Below the pieces are notes generated by a model. It was not told the origin of the DNA and did not search any database. It worked only from the letters and a program-made list of their open reading frames with translations. DNA of 64,000 bases from Phoronis australis (Eukaryota > Animalia > Phoronida): the NCBI GenBank assembly GCA_002633005.1, contig NMRA01000487.1:186001-250000 (forward strand), read 5' to 3'. Positions 53,701-64,000 of the stretch are shown here, in pieces (position 1 is the first letter of the stretch; each line of letters starts with the position of its first letter). The translations under genes and the position numbers were made by a program.

Positions 53701-56700
53701 ACTTTTTTTTCAAAAAAATTGATTTTTCACAGAGACCACCATAATGACTGCAAACATATTTTTTTCTTTTAAAACTTGCAAGTAGTTTATTCTTTTAACT
53801 CGAGAAATCTGCTTTTGTAGCCAATAGAATAAAGAAACAGAATTTGCAAGTTTCCTATAAACACTTCTTGTTTGTGGCGAAAATATGTCCATCTTCCTTT
53901 TGAGAAAAAAGATTATTTGTGTGTTGTTTATACTTAAAAAATTATTAAAATTCGATCCTTGGTAACGATGGTGGCCTATTACATTAACTAGTAACTAGAA
54001 CAGGGCTTGGATTTTTCTTCTTTTAAGAGGATTTCCTCAATTTTAGTTTTGTTTTCCTCTTATTTTATTTCCAGTTTCCTCTTTTTTCGTCTCTTTTTTA
54101 CCATTATTTTGACTTCATTCATGTAAAAATGTTTATTTCATTTAAATTTTGTAACACAAAAAATTTTATATCACACAAACCTATTTATTTGTGGAACAAA
54201 ACGACACCTGGAAAATTTTCCTCTTTTTTGTCATTGGTCATTCCAAGCCCTGCTAGAAATTGTAAACTCATTAAAGTGTATTTTCTAGAAACCAGGATTC
54301 GAAGTGAATTAGTTTGTGTCATTTACATTACTGCCATTGTCATGGTCATCTTCAGGTGGTTCTCAAACAACGTTGTGTTTATTGCAAAATAGCATGAAAC
54401 CACATACTTATTAGGTATGTTTGTGACTTCCTCACAGCATAGCAATGCCTGTAAATGTTTAGACCATGACTCATTCAATTAATAGCATGCTCATTTGATA
54501 TGAAGTTCATCTATTTCCCTGTGATGTTACCGTGTACATTACAACATGTCGTAATATCAACTTTTGCACCGTATTTGGCAGGCTTACCATATTTTGGAAT
54601 AAATTGAAATACTTCATTTATCCCGTCAAGCTCTGAACCTTAGTGTAGCATTTCACTTTGGCGACTAGCCGAAGAGAAACTTCGCCGTGACTTTTTGTGC
54701 AGTGAAATCAGGAAGCCGTGAAAATGTTCAGTCGTTCTGACTTTTAAGGTAAGATTGATACGATTGGATAAAAAGCGTGTTGCTTGAAGACGGGTTTCCT
54801 CCAAGTTTAAAGATGTGGTAAGAAGCTTTAGTATGTCTAAAAACTTTTAAAATTTGCCGATTGATAGTTTGAGTACGGTGTGCAATGAAGTTAGTGGTGA
54901 ATGGTCACTGTGGAGAAAAGAAATTTGATCTTCCTGTATGGTTTAAGCTAGTGAAAAACAGTTTCAGCTCCTTAAAATTCTGTTCGAGAAGAGAAAGATC
55001 CCATTTGGCACCACTTATATATACATTGTAATGTCGTACAGGAAATGACGAACATTGTATCGAATGAGCATGATCAACAGGATGTATAGTTGACAAACAA
55101 TTGGGCTTTGCATTTTGGGTAAAACTGGTGGCATATTTGACTTTACTGAAAAGTTGCTTGTAAACAAACCAGGCAACACCTTTTCAAAAAGGGGAGTTTT
55201 GCAGAAAACAGATAACTGTATGAAATTGAATTCATTTGAAATTGCGTTTGTTTTTAAATGTAATTTGTGAAATTGGATTGCACATAACGTCAACTAGTTC
55301 TTCCATTGACTGCTTAAATTTGAAATCTAGAAATGTGCTTTCAAATGGGTCTTAAAATTTTTCTTAAAATTTTTCTTGTGGCTATGCCAATGGTTTAAAC
55401 TTGCAATTGCAGTAACCTGCGACTTAGGAATTGTTGGCTATTGTTTTTAGGAATGATTGTTATCTTGCAGACATAAACAGTGTTGATCCTAGCGAAGATG
55501 CGCACTACGCCGATGTGACAAAGCTTAAACGAATACAGGTAGGTAGGACCTCTCACCTGGATAACAAAACTGGGTTAGAACTGGAGTCCTGGAGGTCCCT
55601 GTTGCTCGTTATTCTTGTGCCTGTGCTCGATTTGAAGCAGTCTGAAACACGGATTATGGAAAATAAGCCATTCGGGATAAAATTAAATTCAAAATAAGTG
55701 AAAATAGTTTTCCCTGGTGTCGGCGATTGGAAGCTTTGTTTTGCGAGCTGATGTGAACTTTTGTAGCACATTTGCAGTGCTCACTTTAACTTCCTGTTTT
55801 GAATGGAGGAGTGAGCGCTTGCTGGTAGCCATTGTTTTTTCAACAGTCAAAGCTGAAGTACAATTCTAACAAATATACTTGGGTGATCCCCGATGATTAC
55901 CTTTTTCTCACACTTAAAGCAATTCTATTAGCTATCAAAATTTCATTTTCGCTTCAATTTCCTCTTATTTCCAGTTTGCTTTTTTGGTCTCTTTTTAGCA
56001 TTATTTTGACTTTATTCATGCAAAAACGTTTATTTGATTTGAATTTTACAATCCGAAAAATATGTTTACCACACAAGCCTACTTATTTGCGGATTGATAC
56101 ATCCCGTAGAAAATTTTCCTATGTTTTTGTCATTGGTCATTCCAAGCACTGGATAATAACAAAATGTCAGTTACTCTCAAACCCAGAAATCATTTCTTAT
56201 CTGAGTAATGAACAATATGATAGTACCAGTTTTATAATTGTAAGTAGCCTGAATCATAATCATGAAACGTTTAAGCTTTATGTAGATTTTCAATTAATTC
56301 TGATCATCGTTAATGCAGAGGAAGGCTCGGTTACTGGAGAAGCCTTCTGCTGTTCCTGCAGTCGAGATTGTTCGGCCCGGAGCCTCGTATAATCCTGCCT
56401 ATGATGACCATCAAGAGTTAATGAATGACGCTCTTCAAGTAGAAGCAAAAAAACTAAAGGCAGAGAAAAAGCTGGATAATCAGTTCAAGCACTTCCCCAC
56501 AGCCGCCGAAGCTCCCACTGAAGTAAGGGTTCACAAATTTAGTGAAAAAATGATAAAGGATGACACAGTTGTCTTTAAATAGAACATTAAAAGTAAATGA
56601 GATTAAGGAGATTATTACATTGTATGTTCAATTTATACGATGAACCGTATGTACAAATTTAAGCCCATGCACCTGAAGGTGAAATCAAATGCATTTGCAT

Positions 56701-59700
56701 GTATGTGAAGTACTGGGGTGTACATTTCTGAAATTCTGTGCGAGTGAAATCTGACTTCTCCATTACGCAGTGGTAGGTGATGTTGTGTATTATAAAATGA
56801 AAAGTTAACTATGTTTAAAAAGTGCCTGAAGAACAAGACCTAGTTTAAGACTTGCTCATAGGCATGAGATAGCCGTCTGCACCTATAAGTGGGGCACATA
56901 ACCCCTTATGCAAATGCTTGACTATAAAATTTTCTTTGTAGAATGTATTATTTCAGATGCAGTTACATGAGCCTGAATACACCCTCATACTATTGGGTGT
57001 GGTGTGTATACGTGTATGCTTAATGTGTACGTTAATGTTTAGAAAGAAATTAATTAATCCGATCACTAATTATGTTTTTATTCCTAAATAGGATATTTGG
57101 TTATAAAGAAATGTAAATTAATGATTACTTTTGGTATCAAAAGTTGTGAATCTTACTGATTTTCAGAAACCTTTTGGTGTTCAAAATTGGAGGAATCGTT
57201 TTTGTTCTCTAGGCAACATGGCTACAGGAGATGTCAGCAGGTTTATTTGACGAAGAGGTTGAAGGTTATGACCCGTCAATACCTTTGTCTGTCAATCCAC
57301 CTGTGCGGCGAGAGGATAAAAAGACTGTTCAGCAAAGGCGGAAAGACAAAGACCGCAAATTAGAAGTACGATTGGGGTTTCCATTATTTCTGTTGCAGTG
57401 TATTTCTGCTACTTGTTGGTTATTTTCGTGGTTGCATTAGGTGTAGTAATTGTTTTATCTTCTTCTCGTTCGAGTGTTACAGATCTATCTTTGTCTTTTG
57501 GTTGTCTCGTTGATCGATACTAAGGTTTCTTTGAAGAATACGTGTAGATTTTTTGTGAACAATTCCTTCCCATTACTACCTTAAAATCTCGCTAATTTTG
57601 GACAAGAATAATAATTGTCAAAATTGCACTTTTTTCATTTTTCAAGGGATTCTGTAGTTGTTGTGAACGTCCATGTAACTTTTCAAAGTATTGTCTGTTG
57701 TTAGCTGCAGTGTAGGGGCTCGTTCTAAGAAACTGACTTAAGTTCATTTTTGACTTGTTTCAGCGTCCAAAGTTTGAAATTTCCATGTCCAGGAAGTTAG
57801 TCAAATTTAAGACAAAACTTAAGTCAAAACCCAAATCAAATTTAAGGCCACTTTCTTGGAATGGACTTAAGACACACATTGAAGTTTTATCTTAAAATTG
57901 GCTTAAATTTAAGTTTTGTCTTAGCTAAGTTAGTTTTCTTGGAATGGACCTTAGAGCTCGAATGGGGCTAAGTATTATTTTGTTGATATTTGTCAAAGTG
58001 AAATTCATCGTCAAGGTAGGTGGCCATGAATGATAACAAATTAATTGGAATGTCGGCATAGTGGAAGTGCTGTTTCTATGAAAAGGATTTTGCCGCAGTG
58101 TGTTTGCTGTTGGGGAAATTATACATCATTACAGGGAAATGGTATGATGTGGTGTTGATTCTGACATTCGTTGTAAGGTAATTTGAAATCTGGTTTTTGC
58201 AGGAAAGAAGGAAAATTCAGGAAAAGGAAAAGAAATTAAAAGATAATGAATTCTTTAGGTATGTCTACAATATAGAGCATAGTTTATTGTCACTGAAATG
58301 TCCTACTGACCAGGCTCAAAAGACTTATCACTGTAATATCATTCATCTCTGGGCTCTTTCAAGAGGATTAATTTTTCTCTATTTTTTTGGTTTTGGTTTC
58401 TATTGTCCTCTTTTTTGTCTCTTTTTTATCATTATGTTGACTTAATCGGTGCAAAAGCGTTTCTTGCAGTTAAATTTTTCAATACAAAAAAAAAATTTCT
58501 ATCATGTAAGCCTATTTGTTGAACGATACATCACCTGAAATTTTCTCTTTTTTGTCATGGGTCATTCCAAGCCCTGTCTTCAATATTCTGAAGTTTAGGA
58601 CACCAAGAAATTCTTGAATTGAAATATTAACATAAAAGCTGCCATTATAGTAAACTTCTGCAGTTGTTTTGAAACTGTAATTTATGAGCAATAACACGAG
58701 AAACGCAGTCAAATATAGTCATTGTAATTTACAATATGTTCAGTTATGTAATTGTAAGTAATGAAAGTTTGACACTGTCTGGAGCTAGACATATCGGGAG
58801 CATGCTGATGTATGTGCTAATATATGTGACTGTAAAACTGACGTCAAAGGTATTCAAACTGAGGAATTAGTTTTTCATGTTTTGCTGTTCAAACTTCCGG
58901 ACTTTGCTAGAAAAATGTTGTCTGTTGGTGTTTGGTACTTTATAGCTCTGACTAAAACTGCTTCAGACAAATGTGTACAGTTCTTGGAAATATATTCATC
59001 AGGCTAAAATCGATGAAAAAAGAAATTGCGGAACAGGAAAAGAAGTTCGAGAAGAGAGCCCTGAGGAAAAGGAAACTTAAGGAACAAGAGCCATTCAGAA
59101 CCAAAAAGTTGGGTGCCCTCAAGTATCCTTTGTGTGTGTGTGTGTGTGCGTGTTTGCGTGTGGGTGCCTGTGGTTGTGTTGTAAACATTGGGAATAACAC
59201 TAGTGCTCTTGTGAGTGCGCATCCCCAACATTTAACAAAAATCCGTTGGAGTTGCTTTTGCTTGGCGAAGCACTCCCCCCAACTTAGCAAGAATTGCTTG
59301 AAGCACCTGCTGTTCAAGCTGCTGCCCACCCCTTTTTGTCTTCTCAGAAATGGTATTGGCATGCTTTCAAAGGCAGAATTGATTTCGTGTCACATTTGCT
59401 TTTGCATTCGAACTGGGGACATCGCACCATGTAAGTGGCTTCTGCAATACATCAGAAATGCCGTATTCGCCCAGGGTTTCAAGGGGGCAGTTGAAACCCG
59501 GTTTCCAAAACGGGTGAAATCGGAAGCTAAGAGTCATCATATCATATTTATGCTCTGTGACATATCTGAAACCTATGACAGACTTTCTACAAAATTGTGG
59601 TGCATTGCTGTCAAACTTTGCTGTTAAATTACAATCATTTTACAGAAAATTTTGCATACGTAAATCCCAGGGCATAATCTTGCCGATTGACTGCCTCGCA

Positions 59701-62700
59701 ATCGTCGGTATGGCAACGTGAATGCTTGAATAAAAATACTGTTTCAACAAGCAAATTGCTGATAGCATCCATAAGATTTTTAAGTTCCCGTAGAGTCGGG
59801 ATTAACGGCAGGTTAAGTCCAAATCTGTGCTAGATCGTGCCGTCCATGATCATATGCCTACCCTGTAACACGAGAAAAAACTCTGGACATGTTGTTGTCA
59901 CGTGACGTTTGTTTTGAAGTTTGTGTGCGTGTATGGTTAAGCGAGAGCGTACGTATCACCAGAGTTCATTTGCCACAGTAAACGCAATCTAACGAGACAC
60001 ATGTGCGTTGTACACAATCAGAAAGCAGAACGTGTTTCATTCAGCACTTGCCGGTCTCATCTGCAAAAAAACGTTCGACAATTGTCTCGGTAAGGCCCAT
60101 GTTAGTTGCCGTGTGGCTGATGAGTAGGTGACTATCTGACAGTCATTTTTCAGTGTAAGGGTGTGTAAGCATTCACTGTCAGTAGTCATTTTATCGGATA
60201 TTTGGCTTTAAAAACACCAATTATGATTTATCAAACAATCCCTCTTAAATATAAGGCAAAATTTTTTATGGTATTAGGAACTGTCGCAAATTAGTGCCAA
60301 TATTCATTTCTTGCCGATGCTATGCTACCCGTTTCATGAATGGATAGTTCCCAACTAATGTCTTTGATTACAGGTTCATGTGTGTAGCGCGCGCTTCCTG
60401 GCCATGTGCTTTTAACACTGGTTGAGTTTTTTTATTAGTCTTTGATTCACAATTTTCACTTGTACGAAGAAATTTGGATTCCTGTTGAGGGCGGGAAATA
60501 TCTACAAAGCAATCCTGTAGACAAGTATGCTGCGTCTGTTCTTAAAGGCCAGACCATAGTACGACACATTCCTGGCAAGATCATCAAAACTTGCGTTCTT
60601 CTTGAGGCACGACCGAAGTTTGATGTGTATAGTCACGGCTTAATACCAACGTGGCAGCGAGCTCGTGGTCTACAAATTCCGCACACAATGATTTTTTTTC
60701 AGGTCTCGGATATTATTGATAAATGGAATGTAGAATTTTAGGACTGTAGGTAAGGCATTTTTCGCACGTACACGTTCATGGACTGGGCGCTTATTTTAGC
60801 AAAGTCTTAAAACGCGTGGGGGGTGCTTATAGGGGCATGGGCAGTTATTAGGGTGAATACGGTAGTTTGTTTTTGTTTTGGAAGTATGTTTGGCTTTTTA
60901 GGCTGGTTTAGATGCATATTTTGCACCTTAACTGCATTGTTCAGATTCGAAGATATTGACATGCCTGTCAAGTTAAGTGAAGAGCTCCAGGGTTCTCTTC
61001 GGCTTTTGAAGGTAGGAATGTGCTGTACAGTAATATGACACGCGCAGCGCCAAGCTCATCAAGTTGAAATCAAATCTTCAAACTGGAAGTTAGCAGTAGC
61101 ATGTCTTCTCTTTTAATCAATCAAAGAACTCCATTCGGTTCGTTTTTTATCCTCTACAACTGAGAATGTTAACTCGTCCAAAACGGTTCCACTGCAACAC
61201 ATGGTCCAAAACATTGGTTTTCAAAACTGATTATGCTGGTGGTTTTAAAGGCCGCTTGCAGCATCATCTGAAAACTCTAGAACTCTGTACATGACTGTGG
61301 AGATGTTCAGTAAGGTGAATTAATGTTGCTACAATGACATGATTACAGTGTGAACATATGGGTATTTTTTGTTGTATTTGTGGCTAGTGTTTTCCCCAGG
61401 AAGTACATTTATTCCATTTTGAAGTTAGGCATAGTTTGACTTTGACCTGAATGGGTTTAGTTAATTTGCTTGCTTGTTTTCAGTTCTACAGTTGTTACGT
61501 CTGATCCAGTTGAAGTCTGGGATTATGAATGTCAATATTATAATCATAGTAATAAAAATGTATCGGGCACTTCCAATAAAGCACCCTGGGAACATTTTGT
61601 TTGCCCAATTATGTATATAGTTATGTGGTCGAATATTGTCATCATCCTTTCCGGTTGTCGGATCGATATCTAAAAGCCCGTGGTCAAATCTTAATGAAAC
61701 TTGGCACGAGGATTTAGGGACGTCACTAGGATGGTCCATGCCTCTAGTTCAACTGCCAACCCCCATGAGTGTTTTATGTTTTTCAATTAAGTAATTATAT
61801 TTCTTACTGAGCACTGTCCAATCATTGACTAGTATGAAAATTTTTAAAAAACAACCTGGTGTAAATTGCCTTAACAATTAAATTATTGTTCATCGTTTGC
61901 TGAACACAGTCCACTCGTCGACTATAAAAATCTATCTGACTCCCATCCCTAATAATAAGTCTTTCTCCATTTTATTGTCAGCCTGAAGGTAACCTTGTGG
62001 AAGACAGATTTAAGAGCCTCCAGAAGAGAAATATTATTGAGCCTCGGATGCGAGCTAAGTAAGTGAATATATTGCAACTTAAAAAAAATTATTTTATTCG
62101 CAGATTAGACATATGTAGTACACTTGGGTCACTTGAATCGAAAGCATCATTTAAAAAAACAAACTTAGTGTGTCTTGCCTTCATTTTGTAAATGTGTACA
62201 AATACTGCTCGTAAAATTTTGGCTTCATTGTGGCTATTTGGGCTGTGTTTGTATTAGCAGGGATGTTTGTAAGGCTGTTGTTACTATTGGAGATGTCATT
62301 TGTTGCACATCATTACAGAATTTGTTAATTTCTTGTGTTAAGCCTCCACCTTAAGCTATGTTTTCATTGCATTGAAAGTAAGATGAATGGCTGTTATTTT
62401 TGCAGAGTTGTAAGGAAATATAAACCGAAGACATTTGAGAAAAAAACTCACAGAGAAGTCACGTAAGTCAATATGCTATGGTTCAGCAATGGTGAGAAGA
62501 TGATTTTTTAAGTGTGAAAATTGTGTGTTAGTTTACCCATTGTACAGCAAAATAAGACCATTTTATCAAGTACAGTCTTTCATGTGTAAGCATTTTTATT
62601 GGCAATTGATAAAATGCAGAGTTCAATCCCATTCAACGATGGCAGCCATTTTGTTGGTTCATCACCAGAAAGTCAAAAATTATTTTGAATATTCCATATT

Positions 62701-63282
62701 TAATGCTGGTTATTTTGAAAACATTTAATTTTGGGTTAAAAGGGTTTCATAGATTGCTTTGTAGTTAAATTCCTATTATGAAGCTTATCTTTAAATGCTT
62801 TAAGTTGTTTGTGTAATTATTTTGGTGTGGTGTGGTGTAATCAAATGTGATAAAACACCCCATGACATTTAACAATAACTGTTTCTAATGTTCAAGCCGA
62901 TAACCAGCTTTCAGCCATATTGCATGTGGTACATTAATGTGGTTACCCGAGCTGGACAACCTTTTGAGTTCAGTCCTTTGTAATGGTGAAGTCCACACCT
63001 CCTTTCAATCTTGGTTAGGAACAGGTTGAACCCAATTATAATTGAGTATTCCCGAACTTTAAAACTATCGCGTAAGTAAACAAGACATATTGATCTGACG
63101 TTTCGGTTTATTCACTGTAAACCATTCTCAAGGCAAAAGTTCACATTATTCCATCAGGTGACACAGGTGGAGAACAGACTGTACAGGTGCACTTCAAAAT
63201 GCTCGAATTGTTTTGATTACTGGTGTCTCCCCTCACAATGCATTTTGACTTAACTTGGTATGTTTTTATTTTTAGATTGTAA
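32711..63282 (+). CDS. NOP53: Ribosome biogenesis protein NOP53 (GLTSCR2/PICT1), 425 aa. Exons: 32711-32829, 52013-52089, 52653-52740, 53330-53514, 55471-55538, 56319-56522, 57213-57365, 58203-58258, 59003-59122, 60945-61011, 61982-62058, 62406-62462, 63276-63282
   Basis: [40 protein letters not shown]|[110 protein letters not shown]. Phases are consistent; total 1278 nt. Confidence 0.95.
32881..32960 (+). mobile_element. tRNA-derived SINE head remnant
   Basis: A-box TAGCATAATTGG and B-box GTTCGAATC, with the anticodon arm missing. Confidence 0.45.
32968..33250. mobile_element. Foldback MITE (~110-bp inverted arms)
   Basis: GCGTCCTCAGCTTCTGATCGT...CACTCCGGACTAGAAAT is mirrored by ATTTCTAGTCCGGAGTG...ACGATCAGAAGCTGAGGACGC. 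Confidence 0.8.
33318..35709. mobile_element. TA-flanked TIR DNA transposon (Tc1/mariner/pogo-like, non-autonomous) with subterminal AATAATAGTATAGAC repeat array
   Basis: Left TA|CTCTGGAGTTCCGAATAGT and right ACTATTTGGAACTCGAGAG|TA are inverted. Degenerate ~30-40-bp repeats occur at 33330-33790 and 35610-35690. Confidence 0.75.
35814..36414 (-). mobile_element. TRIM-like/deleted LTR element B: LTRs 35814-36055 and 36171-36414, 115-bp interior, nested in the 3' LTR of element A
   Basis: Both LTRs read TGTTGTAATACTGACAGG...ATTACAACA. Perfect 4-bp TSD GGAC (35810-13 and 36415-18). PPT AGGGAGGAGGGGAA on the - strand next to 36055. Removing it restores LTR A colinearity with 43275-43525. Confidence 0.9.
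36703..36987 (-). mobile_element. Second copy of LTR family C (3' LTR of C or a solo LTR)
   Basis: Aligns with 41048-41334 (TGTATTATCGTCTGCCGAGA...GTGACCGGTCA...CAGCCGAGACTGAC...AACA). No clear PPT or TSD. Confidence 0.7.
40044..40890 (-). pseudogene. Second, divergent TatD-family ORF downstream of LTR C; stops and a frameshift in the C-terminal third
   Basis: [51 protein letters not shown], then [36 protein letters not shown]. Confidence 0.88.
41048..41334 (-). mobile_element. LTR of family C (5' LTR, followed on the - strand by PBS-like TGGCACAACAAG and a TatD ORF)
   Basis: TGTTGTATTATCG...TCAACA termini; homologous copy at 36703-36987; TGG 2 nt inside the LTR edge. Confidence 0.75.
42344..43210 (-). 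pseudogene. TatD-family (amidohydrolase-fold) nuclease ORF in LTR element A; disrupted near the N-terminus, C-terminal 190 aa open
   Basis: [10 protein letters not shown] ... GVHLK ... LGEIAF ... VVLHIR ... IHLHTFTG ... YYGFSG ... [15 protein letters not shown] ... [12 protein letters not shown] ... TTRNTQRFY. The TatD H-x-H, E, H, H and D metal-ligand positions are all present. Confidence 0.88.
43950..44400 (-). mobile_element. Gypsy integrase remnant (Zn-binding/rve core)
   Basis: [61 protein letters not shown], with frameshifts. Confidence 0.85.
44600..44980 (-). mobile_element. Gypsy gag (capsid) remnant, joined to integrase with PR/RT/RH missing
   Basis: [16 protein letters not shown]...[13 protein letters not shown]...[28 protein letters not shown] matches the retrotransposon gag pattern (F-Q-x-A-x-Q...E-x-L-x-x-W-A-D-R). 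Confidence 0.75.
45330..45720 (-). mobile_element. hAT (ZNF862/ZBED-like) transposase remnant
   Basis: MDEQTKK...[11 protein letters not shown] and [19 protein letters not shown] resemble hAT motifs FNTAYxIAK and SKYFSILVDESTDVS. Heavily decayed. Confidence 0.55.
46880..47097 (-). mobile_element. THAP zinc-finger remnant (DNA-transposon type)
   Basis: [12 protein letters not shown]...(frameshift)...[13 protein letters not shown]...HKYICSK fits the C2CH THAP signature. Confidence 0.7.
47800..48090 (-). mobile_element. Gypsy integrase C-terminal remnant
   Basis: [34 protein letters not shown]...GQNKELYPP resembles the region preceding the GPY/F motif. Confidence 0.55.
54001..54252. mobile_element. 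MITE CAGGGCTTGG...CCAAGCCCTG; related copies at ~20460-20703 (inverted), ~55950-56151 and ~58350-58575
   Basis: Perfect 10-bp TIR, flanking duplication CTAGAA, and shared internal sequence among four copies in the window. Confidence 0.8.
59123..60944 (+). other. U12-type (minor spliceosome) GT-AG intron of NOP53
   Basis: 5' site GTATCCTTT at 59123; branch site CCTTAAC at 60926-60932, 12 nt before the terminal AG (60944); weak pyrimidine tract. Splicing restores the reading ...GALK|FEDID. Confidence 0.9.
59461..60862. mobile_element. TIR element (CCGTATTCGCCC...GGGTGAATACGG) carrying a HIRAN-domain remnant (60442-60741, +), inside the U12 intron
   Basis: Inverted 12-bp ends, TA on the right. 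[18 protein letters not shown]...[24 protein letters not shown] matches the HIRAN pattern GYHVYK.IW.P..GE...N..D..AV.V......VGH.P. The right end is homologous to 25171-25300. Confidence 0.65.
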
Positions 63283-64000
63283 AGTTCTCTTGCTGTGGGG
63301 AAACAACTGTTGTGGAATGGCTAGGTTATACCAGTGACTTTGAGTGTTTTAGCAAAACAGACTGTAGTCTTTGGATAACAAAATGGCTGGAAGTTGAGGA
63401 GTTCAAGTGAACTTCATGTTAAGTGTCACACTGGAGTTTTCTGCAGACAAGCCTTGGGCATATATTCGGAATATATCAGTTTAAAGGTGAAAAGTTAAAT
63501 CCAAATATAGGCCCTGGCGGAGGAGACTACCCTACGTAATTCTGTAGCTGGCAAGCAAATTGAAACCAAGATGGTAAATACACAGGCAGTGTCCCTATAA
63601 GATTGTTCCAACAAGGAGGAGTTAACTGCTGAAATTTTCATTGGTTCTGGTTTTGGTGTCTATTACCTGTGAAATTGGAAGAATGTTTTAGGATTCATGC
63701 AGTATTATTTTCCCCAAAAAACTTTGTTATGGAAGTCCCCTGGGCCTATCTAAACGTGGGCCAAACTGCAGAAAGCTGTGGAGCTGGGGTTGTTGCAATA
63801 TGACCTCTAATACATTTCCTAAAGCATTTTGTATTTGTTTATCTTGGTGCTAGCAAGCAGATTGGTTCTTTATTGTTTTAAAATATTTCTTACACAGATA
63901 AAAGTTGACTGGTCAAAAACCTGGACATCAAAGTAATGTAATTAAAGGAGAATGCCACCCAAAAAACAACCTATTTTGTATCAATTTAGATCCAGTACTT

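Noticed and set aside
55832-56392. 186-aa hydrophobic ORF
   Set aside because: It derives from a T-rich MITE copy and overlaps NOP53 exon 6 out of frame.
58028-58170. Structured RNA/snoRNA candidate (GAATGTCGG...CTGACATTC stem)
   Set aside because: Box C is imperfect, CTGAC is plausibly the branch site, and there is no further evidence.
58971-59627. 218-aa stand-alone ORF
   Set aside because: It is NOP53 exon 9 read through into the U12 intron, (TG)n tract and TE sequence.

Overview
AT-rich, intron-rich invertebrate nuclear DNA; a mollusc/lophotrochozoan is suggested by gene and TE style, but the taxon is not provable from sequence. Three host genes are present: the last three coding exons of a Na+/Ca2+ exchanger (SLC8/NCX, + strand); a complete 16-exon long-form DPH6 (- strand, 691 aa, with C-terminal RidA/YjgF domains); and a complete 13-exon NOP53/GLTSCR2 (+ strand, 425 aa). 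DPH6 and NOP53 are head-to-head with only 117 bp between their ATGs. NOP53 has a U12-type GT-AG intron and a 19-kb first intron packed with nested TEs. The most unusual feature is in that intron: two different Gypsy-type LTR families, each arranged as LTR - tRNA-Ser-like PBS - TatD nuclease ORF with no gag/pol between the LTRs. A TRIM-like element is nested in one LTR, and gag/integrase, THAP, hAT and HIRAN remnants lie nearby. Two single-N gaps flanked by ~1-1.7 kb near-identical duplications inside DPH6 look like uncollapsed alleles. All exon models were derived by eye from splice signals, phase and remembered protein motifs; no searches were run.
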